A DNA stretch of 64,000 bases from Octopus sinensis (lineage: Eukaryota), in NCBI RefSeq assembly GCF_006345805.1, contig NC_042999.1, positions 55,924,001 through 55,988,000 on the forward strand, read 5' to 3'. The notes below the pieces were generated by a model. That model made no database searches. It saw only the letters and a program-made list of their open reading frames with translations, and was not told the origin of the DNA. Made by a program: the position numbers and the translations under genes. Position 1 is the first letter of the stretch; every line of letters begins with the position of its first letter. Below are positions 57,536 to 64,000 of this stretch, in pieces.

Positions 57536-57682
57536 ATCCCCAAAGCGAGGTTATATTACTACCTCCATCTTGTGTTCTTGCTTTCTTCTTGCGCTTTTTA
57601 GTCTTTTCCTTTGGAGTAACTTGACCAGGAGAAGCCGGTGTTGGCTCAGAACTCTGCTGACACAGGGGAGGGATACCAAAGC
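26749..57682 (-). CDS. KMT2C: Histone-lysine N-methyltransferase 2C/2D (MLL3/4, trr-like), 3' part of a multi-exon gene; 5' exons lie beyond the window
   Basis: 23 exons join in phase through GT-AG introns. The product contains ePHD, FYRN, FYRC, WIN (GCARSEPK), SET ([11 protein letters not shown]) and post-SET, and ends [16 protein letters not shown], the KMT2C/D-type C-terminus. It is probably the single invertebrate co-orthologue of KMT2C and KMT2D. Confidence 0.96.
27625..27807 (-). CDS. KMT2C: KMT2C/D exon (SET domain)
   Basis: cag|[35 protein letters not shown]...VRGEE|gttagt, 183 nt. Confidence 0.97.
28385..29385 (+). mobile_element. Degenerate DNA-transposon transposase, most like CMC/Chapaev-3
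   Basis: [76 protein letters not shown]; many stops and frameshifts. Confidence 0.7.
30037..30153 (-). CDS. KMT2C: KMT2C/D exon (SET N-terminal part)
   Basis: tag|[39 protein letters not shown]|gtatta. Confidence 0.96.
30246..30423 (-). CDS. KMT2C: KMT2C/D exon (pre-SET linker)
   Basis: PHTLQTS...[30 protein letters not shown]|gtatgt. Confidence 0.96.
30560..31070 (+). mobile_element. RTE-like LINE fragment
   Basis: [11 protein letters not shown]...YDACV..MLHGSE remnants. Confidence 0.65.
31545..32120 (-). mobile_element. RTE-like LINE endonuclease fragment
   Basis: [16 protein letters not shown] and QHRL remnants. Confidence 0.6.
32130..33135 (+). mobile_element. RTE-like LINE 3' end with tandem-repeat 3'UTR
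   Basis: [39 protein letters not shown]; roughly 60-bp repeats containing gtggcacataaaaagcacc. Confidence 0.8.
33160..33447. repeat. Imperfect long inverted repeat (foldback/MITE)
   Basis: aaagaacatgggtttgaa...cataagtgcag pairs with ctgcacttatg...ttcaagcccatgttcttt. Confidence 0.75.
34139..34269 (-). CDS. KMT2C: KMT2C/D exon (WDR5-interaction WIN motif)
   Basis: cag|[17 protein letters not shown]...[18 protein letters not shown], phase 2 donor gtactt. Confidence 0.94.
34515..34651 (-). CDS. KMT2C: KMT2C/D exon (FYRC)
   Basis: VWMHVLEAL...[19 protein letters not shown]|gtaagt. Confidence 0.94.
34697..34909. mobile_element. piggyBac-derived MITE
   Basis: Right end ...agaaatatggtaataaaaggg|TTAA resembles the end of the 40807-41867 element; left end degenerate. 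Confidence 0.6.
35657..35819 (-). CDS. KMT2C: KMT2C/D exon (FYRN/FYRC)
   Basis: aag|[25 protein letters not shown]...DNSPK|gtaagt. Confidence 0.94.
36817..36862. repeat. (CA)n microsatellite
   Basis: Direct observation. Confidence 0.95.
36951..37077 (-). CDS. KMT2C: KMT2C/D exon (FYRN start)
   Basis: [42 protein letters not shown]|gtatgt. Confidence 0.93.
37377..37489 (-). CDS. KMT2C: KMT2C/D exon (end of ePHD)
   Basis: [37 protein letters not shown]|gtaaaa. Confidence 0.92.
38007..38250 (-). CDS. KMT2C: KMT2C/D exon (extended PHD finger)
   Basis: [23 protein letters not shown]...[13 protein letters not shown]...YHLGCA...FYQDK|gtaagt. Confidence 0.96.
38855..39215 (+). mobile_element. LINE 3'UTR fragment with roughly 58-bp tandem repeats
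   Basis: Same repeats and tail as 32760-33130. Confidence 0.7.
39285..39397 (-). CDS. KMT2C: KMT2C/D exon (pre-PHD C2HC)
   Basis: KFWESIG...[22 protein letters not shown]|gtgaat. Confidence 0.93.
39687..39779 (-). CDS. KMT2C: KMT2C/D exon
   Basis: [31 protein letters not shown]|gtaagt; KKWKxxxWxKW motif as in KMT2C. Confidence 0.9.
40202..40654 (-). CDS. KMT2C: KMT2C/D exon (FCSxxC motif + Thr-rich stretch)
   Basis: tag|[18 protein letters not shown]...PVPSQ|gtgagt, 453 nt open, phase 0-0. Confidence 0.9.
40807..41867 (+). mobile_element. Internally deleted piggyBac
   Basis: TTAA TSDs at 40803-06 and 41868-71; TIR ccctttcgttac / gtaacgaaaggg; N-terminal transposase remnant (acidic leader, [14 protein letters not shown]). 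Confidence 0.88.
42379..42524 (-). CDS. KMT2C: KMT2C/D exon (CxxC)
   Basis: KEEAVSIQ...[18 protein letters not shown]...EEQ|gtgatt. Confidence 0.88.
42676..42891. mobile_element. TTAA-flanked piggyBac-type MITE
   Basis: TTAA|tcctttagcattta ... taaatactaaagga|TTAA. Confidence 0.75.
43594..44126 (-). CDS. KMT2C: KMT2C/D exon
   Basis: [15 protein letters not shown]...[28 protein letters not shown]...|gtaagt, 533 nt, phase-consistent. Confidence 0.92.
44285..44540 (-). CDS. KMT2C: KMT2C/D exon
   Basis: cag|...[24 protein letters not shown]...LDHPSR|gtaatt, phase 1-2. Confidence 0.85.
48333..48500 (-). CDS. KMT2C: KMT2C/D exon (donor uncertain: 48333, 48312 or 48237)
   Basis: cag|[22 protein letters not shown]...; three possible in-phase GT donors. 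Confidence 0.8.
49079..49390 (-). CDS. KMT2C: KMT2C/D exon (Lys-rich)
   Basis: [16 protein letters not shown]...[24 protein letters not shown]...|gtaagt, phase 1-1. Confidence 0.9.
50673..50820 (-). CDS. KMT2C: KMT2C/D exon
   Basis: tag|[24 protein letters not shown]...AKLW|gtaaga, phase 0-1. Confidence 0.85.
51595..51809 (-). CDS. KMT2C: KMT2C/D exon (LxxLL nuclear-receptor box)
   Basis: ...[14 protein letters not shown]...SRTE|gtatgt, phase 1-0. Confidence 0.88.
52024..52194 (-). CDS. KMT2C: KMT2C/D exon
   Basis: tag|VPMHHLGV...[12 protein letters not shown]|gtatgt, phase 1-1. Confidence 0.85.
53206..53937 (-). CDS. KMT2C: KMT2C/D exon (Gln/Pro-rich)
   Basis: 732 nt open, [15 protein letters not shown], polyQ and polyP tracts, tag acceptor and gttagt donor, phase 1-1. 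Confidence 0.9.
54470..54865 (-). mobile_element. SINE (head at about 54865)
   Basis: Reverse complement of the 55160-55320 head; related copies at about 33640-34015 and 60810-61225. Confidence 0.65.
55157..55565 (+). mobile_element. tRNA-related SINE with internal (GT)n
   Basis: ggcgtagctgtgtggtaagaag head, gggcaagtgtcttctactatagcc body, (GT)n at 55321-55356. Confidence 0.75.
57491..57535. repeat. (TA)n microsatellite
   Basis: Direct observation. Confidence 0.9.
57563..57682 (-). CDS. KMT2C: Probable KMT2C/D exon (basic NLS-like); acceptor uncertain
   Basis: [25 protein letters not shown], phase-1 donor gtagta; candidate acceptors at 57683 or about 57657. Confidence 0.65.
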
Positions 57683-60600
57683 CTGGAAGAGCAGTGGTGG
57701 GTTTTCTCAAGGGAACATTACAAATATCCACACGTAATTTTCTTTTTAAAAAGCTCATTTAGCTCAGCTCTTGCTAACTGGATGAGGCTTATTAAATTTC
57801 AAAACACAGAAAAGCAAGAAGCTTCACTTAGAAATTCAATAAATGACTATATTTTAAATCCTAGACACCAACAATTCCGCAATACAATCTAGTGGAAAAT
57901 ACTCAAATTACTATAACTTATTTTACATTTGTTTGATTATCAAGAAAAATCAACATATATTAATATATATAGAAATTTTAAATATACCCAACAATTCAGA
58001 TAGAGGGCTCTCTTTCCCTATTTCACTCTCTCTCTTTTTGATATTGATAATGAATTTAACATTTTTATTTAGCATTGATTAAATTAAATTTCAACATAAT
58101 AATAGTTTCTTTAGAAAATACTCAAACAAGATAAGGTTTGTAATGAATGCTTATGTTGAGGTTAACTATAAATATTAAATACAACCTAGACCATGATTAA
58201 ATATTCCTTAAATGTAACATTATCCTCATATGCATTGGTAAAGAATTTGATATTTGATGAAATATGACTGAACAAAAGTATCCCAACAAATTATTTCTAA
58301 TATTATATTCTAAAATCTAGAGAAGGAAAACAATAGTGAAATCTCAATAATAAGCCTATTTTTCTACCTTTGATGTTGATAATGATTTGAAAGTGTGAAG
58401 TTGGAGAGATTTAATATCACTTGACTAAGTACAAAGCCAACATTTTAGTGGAGTTGTGCAAGTTGAATGATTGAATTAAATTAACCATTGTTTATTACAA
58501 ATATTTATTTTATCAACTTTAAGAGAATAAAAGGTTATGTTGGCCTCCAAAGTAATTTCAACTGTACTCAGTACTGTAAACAGCTTAATTCCATGTACTG
58601 TTTCTTTTTTTCAATCTACTATTCTAAGTTTAACAAATATTCCTTACAAGTGTAATTAAATAAGAATTTATGCTTCCTATTAAGTTATAAATATTGAGAA
58701 TTGTTGGCATGTATATATTTTCAAATAAACCTCTTTATTTAAATAAAGATTCATCCAGTTAACAATATATGCATGCAGGCAGAAAAGGGATACAGCAAGA
58801 CCTAAATATAAAAATTGAGCTTCAGAAATAATGATACTATAAGCTAAATTTAGAAATACAGTGTTTACAGTTATACTGGTGAAAATTAGAGGGGTGGAAA
58901 CAACAAAAACAACATAATCATGCTTAAGATGAATGTGAATGAAAGAATCAATGAATCAATAAATGGCAATCAAGATCAAATAGAATTTTTGAAACTGCTG
59001 AATTTTTGAAAATCTTAGCCTAAATATCAGTATAAACAACAAGGATAAAATCTAGAATCTAAAGGAATGATGATGATCAGTGGCATCAACAATGATGATA
59101 AAATCTAAGAGTGTTTACGTCAATAAGTACAAGTTATTGTGAGAAATAGAATGATTTGCTGTTTCATATTAAGATCTGCTTTGTTGAAGAAACATACTCC
59201 GAAATAGATTTATTCGAACTACAACAACCTTACAAAATGCTCACCAATGTTAAAAAATGACAGAAATCAAATAATTAAAATCAACCAAATTAACCAAATT
59301 ATTAACCATGCTCATTACCACTTGAATGAAACGGTGTTAATATTGACATTATTTCCTAACATTATGATTGGTCATTCTGTGCTTTCAAAGACCTCTGGAA
59401 TAACAAATCTTTTACTCAAAATACAGACAAAGGATGGCAACACAAAGAGCATTAAGACAAGTCCTGTTACAAATAACACCCTGTCCAATCCATCATAGCA
59501 TGAGAAACAAACGTAAAATGAATGACACACACACACGGTCATGGACATGTATAGACAGTGGATGACACCATCACCACCATTATTATTGTTGCTGTTTTTA
59601 TGTTCATTTATTTATTTCCATGCTAGTATGGGTTACATAAGAATTATTGAAGCAGTTATCTACAGTCAAATACTTTTACTGTCATGAACCCTAACTTGTG
59701 TTTCAAGTAAGATGTTTTTTGCATTGTACTAATCTTCACATACAATGAAACTATTGAGCAGCAGGTTATATTATTTACAATAAACAATATTTTCACTCAC
59801 ACAGTGACATGTGAAGACACAAAAACTGTTACACACACACACACGAGCTATGCAGATAACACTTAAATTATGCTAAAATGCAAAACTAGTGGCAAGTAAT
59901 AACATTGCTCTCCAACAAACTTAGATGTTATATAAAAACTGGGCGAATGACAATAACTTGCTGTTCGGTACCACTAACTTCTATCCCTACAACATGGAAA
60001 ACATCTCCAACAAATGTTTTGTAATGCCCCAAAACTCTTAAGTATATTAATGATATGGTCATCACTATGCTGCTCTAGTCATGTTCATAGACTATCAGCA
60101 GCCTGTTGAAAACTCAGTGACTAAGTACTGGGGACAGTTGCTGTGACAGACTCAAAGGTGGTGTCAATTCTCTGGAAATCTTGTTACCAAAGTGAGTTAC
60201 TGTTCATAGCTATGTTCTCCTAGCTACCTAGAGCTTGCACAATAACTAGAGTGATTGCAAAAAGCATGCACCAAAACATATACTAAACCTAAGTTTTTCA
60301 CCATTGAGAGTGCATCTGTGCATTACATCACAAATACCAGAAGAAACAATATGTCAACAGACAAAAAATAACAAGAGGAATAAAAGATACTGTCAGATCT
60401 CAACACTCCTTTACCTCAAACTCTTCTATCATAAACCTTATTGGCATTAGTTTGTATCCAAAATGGATTACAAAATATGACTCGAGTTACTCTTGAGACT
60501 TTCAAAAGGTAACTAGATGTTTTTAACATACTAGATTAGAATTTTGCAAAAGGCACAAGCAATTTAGACCAGCAACTACCAGTTTATTGATCCAGCAACT

Positions 60601-62329
60601 AAAAACACCACAGGCACCAAAAAGCTCATAAAATACTGGACTTCTGAATATATGCAGATATGAAACAAAAGAAAAAGAACAGTCAACTGTGAAAGCAGTA
60701 CTTCAGCATAACTAGTCATGATGGCTCACAAAAACTAAAGAAACAAGATCATACATGTATACAGTTTTTTTTTTTTATTCATATGCATGTATATGCATAC
60801 ATTCACATTGTTTTATGCCCGTTTTTCTATGTTGGCATGAGACACATGAAACTTGGGGTAGATTTTCTACTGTTGGATGTTTTTCCTCTTGCCAATCTTT
60901 ACCTGTTTTCTAAGGTAAGGTATTTTCATTCCACTAAGCCTCACACATAGAAAGCAAGAACGAAATCTACTGAAACTACAGGACTTTTGCATAACAGAAA
61001 ATATAAACAAGGACTCCTTTTTCCCCTACTTAGAACATGCTAATGAAGACATGTGGAAATGACCTTCACATATACATGATAGGCTTCTTCTCAGTATCCA
61101 TCAAACAATTCCACTCAGAAGGCATTGGTCACCTTGAGGTTGTAGCAGAAGAGAGTTTCCTAAGATGCCAAAGTGCTCAACAGTCAAATTAAATGTGGTT
61201 GCAAAACAAACTTCACAACCACATAAACATACATGTGCATGCATGTGTGTGTGTGCGAATATGGGCATAAACAGACAGACACAAAGGTTTCAGCCAGTAC
61301 TGGTCCTGGCTAGGTCAAACTTAAGTCTTAAAATCTTATAATGTAAATATCAGCAAATGTTGGCAAGTCCTAAACCACATATAACCACAATTCAAAGTGT
61401 TGTTTTGAGGATTGAAAAACTGGAACTAAGTACTTTTCTGTGCAAGAAGCAATGGTTAGCCTTATCTTAAAAGGAATTTCCTGTCAAAAGGCATCATGTT
61501 TGCATCATGTGTGTTTCTTTTTTGCATTTTATTGCTCTTTCTTCCTTCAATTTTCAAACATCATGGAAGTAATACCTCAGACATTGAGGTAAATATTTAG
61601 TGATATTTATTGATGATTTATTAATCATCGTTTACTTTTTTATGATTTAATTAGAAAAAAGAGAGCTTGGACTTGGAGAAAATAGAGTGATATTTCAGTG
61701 TCATCTGTACACACCACCTATCTACATGATATTAGCTCTGAGCTGGAATGGCAGGTATCACATAGTTGATATTGCAATGAGGTTTTGTGAGTGAATGGTA
61801 AGGGTTTTTTTTAAAAAACAATATACTGATATATTTATTCTTTTGTTTTATATACATAAATGAACACACATATGGACACAAATACACACACACACACATG
61901 TACATACATATAATGGTCATCCATTTATATCCAAGGAATGAAGAGGGATCAAAGTTTCTACAGTTCTGTGATACAAATGAACTATCTACAATACAAACTT
62001 CAGGAAATAAACCAGGCATTTGATCACCTTATCAGAGAAACATACAAGCCAGACAGACCTTATTGTCACACCAGAAAACAGACTAGAAAGATAGTTGCAA
62101 ATACTAAGTCTTTCCCCAGTGAAGAATATACCTCTCAACATAAGCTAACTAATGACTTCAGAATAAGAGCTAAATGAAATGAAAGACAAAAGACATTCTA
62201 GAAAAGGAATATGTGGAAACTAAAACATCGTTCTGTTAAATATGTTTGAAGTGATTCTAGATGACATAATGAAAAAGAGGGAAATACAAATAAAAAACCT
62301 ATAACACAAGGGACAATATGTTTTTACTG

Positions 62330-64000
62330 CTGAAAGTTAGCAACCAGTTCTACAACTTTAGCAAGACACCAGCTAAACAGAAGGCAACATGGTAGTGGAA
62401 TAGCAATGTAAATAGAGCCATAAAAGCTAAAAGACAGGTATGGAATGATCGGAAGAGAAGGAGGAGCAGCAAAGAAGTATGTCATGTAGCTAAGAGAGAA
62501 GCCATGCAACAACTGTGTGGGAATTGAGAAGATCACCAATGTTCTGTAATGTGAAGATCAAAAGTAGGTGTTCTGGATAGCAAAGTAGTGTAAAAGAGTA
62601 AATGAAGCTGTTGGGAGAAAATGTGAAATGACACCTGACCATTACCTACAGCTAAGAAGAAAAGATCTTGGAAATGTTATTACAGGAGGATGTTGAATGT
62701 GGAAAAGGTGTAGGAAGAACTGGAACTATCCAGCATACACTTAAATAGAAGAATCAGTTAAGGATAAATAAAGCAGGAATAAAGATGAAATGCTGAGAAA
62801 ATGTGACAAAGTAGGGCTCAAGTTAATCACTCATACAGTCTATCTCTAGGTGTCACACTGTATAATTGAATGGCAGTATAATCATCAACAGCTACAAAAG
62901 CAAAGGAGATACTTTAGAAAGACATAATAGAAGTACAAAAATGATTGGCCAAGTTATGAAAGCAACAGATAAAATACTAGCACAATTGATTAGAAAGAGA
63001 ATCAGCTTAGGTGAAACACACTTCAGATTTGTGTCAGGTTGGGGTACTGCTGATACTCTCTTCATGAAGAAAACAAGAGAAATTTTTAGCTAAGGATAAG
63101 CTCTACCTAGCATCTGTTGATTGACAGGTTACACTGTGAATCTAAGAAAACTAAGTTTGTGAGAGAAGCATAAGCCATGTAGAGAGGTGGAGTTAGAAAA
63201 AAAAGAGTTGGCAATGAGCTCTGTGAGCTGTCCAGAGCAACTCCTATATGCTGATGACCTAGTCCTAATAACAGAGTTTCCAGAAGACTTAGAGAAGAAA
63301 TTCCAGATGTGGAAACAAAACCTAGAATCAAGATGACTTGGCATAAACAAGGTAAAATTAAATTGTCAAGAAGGATAAAAAACAAAGCAGAATTCTGCCA
63401 TCAGCAGACAAATGGTGGGCTCAGTATGCAAAACATGAGTATGTAGGAACTCCATAAAGTACAGTGTAGGTGCATAAGAAGTATACTGAGATCACAATCA
63501 GGCAAGAAATGAACAAAGACTATGTGACAGATGTATCAGACACTAGCAAAATAAAATGTTTTGATGGTTCCATAGGAGCAGTTGATAGTGTCTATTAATT
63601 AAGCAACCTAATCAGCTAGGGAGGAGGGTTCTCTGAAAGCACAGTAACAAAAATGAGAATATGGTGGAAAAAGTTCAAGAACATCACTTCTGTCATTAAC
63701 AGAGGGATTCTCTCTTCAAGTGAAGAGTAGACAGTATGTTGCTTTTGTAAGAAGTGCAATGTTATATGTTAGTGAAATGTAGGCATTGAGTGCAGAGGTT
63801 GAGAGAAGGCTGGAGAGAAATGAAGCAAGTGTATGCCCCATTGTATGTTAAATGTAGTGAGCATGGGAGACATAGTATAGATGAAATGAGTGAAAAACAA
63901 GGTATAAATGGAATCAGATATAGTTGCTAAAGAGACAACTGCATTAGTACGGACATGTAATGCATAAAGATGCATTAGTAAGGAGCTAGTATATAGGAAA
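62330..64000 (+). mobile_element. Degenerate RTE-like LINE (RT domain and C-terminus)
   Basis: LLYADDLVL near 63240, FRFVSGWGTAD, LKVKSRQY..VRSAML. Confidence 0.7.

Overview
This is AT-rich eukaryotic (animal) genomic DNA with spliceosomal introns. The repeat content looks most like Octopus/coleoid cephalopod; this is an inference from recognising the repeats, not a database result. Two convergent genes are present. (1) On the minus strand, about 57.7 kb down to 26.7 kb, is the 3' part of a KMT2C/D (MLL3/4, trithorax-related) H3K4 methyltransferase. It has 23 hand-reconstructed, phase-consistent GT-AG exons (about 1,650 codons) covering low-complexity regions, an LxxLL box, an FCS-type zinc-finger motif, ePHD, FYRN, FYRC, WIN, SET and post-SET, followed by a roughly 5 kb repeat-free putative 3'UTR. 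(2) On the plus strand is the 3' end of an unrecognised gene, with two candidate phase-1 micro-exons and a terminal exon encoding an S/P/K-rich disordered tail. The rest is transposon relics: mariner, piggyBac and its MITEs, hAT MITEs, Helitrons, a CMC/Chapaev-like transposase, RTE and CR1-like LINEs, and SINEs. The most notable unannotated signals are a minimal Penelope-type hammerhead ribozyme motif inside a 131-bp foldback just upstream of an exon, a candidate 33-nt KMT2C micro-exon, and a frameshifted copy of coding sequence downstream of the plus-strand gene. I found no clearly novel multi-gene system.
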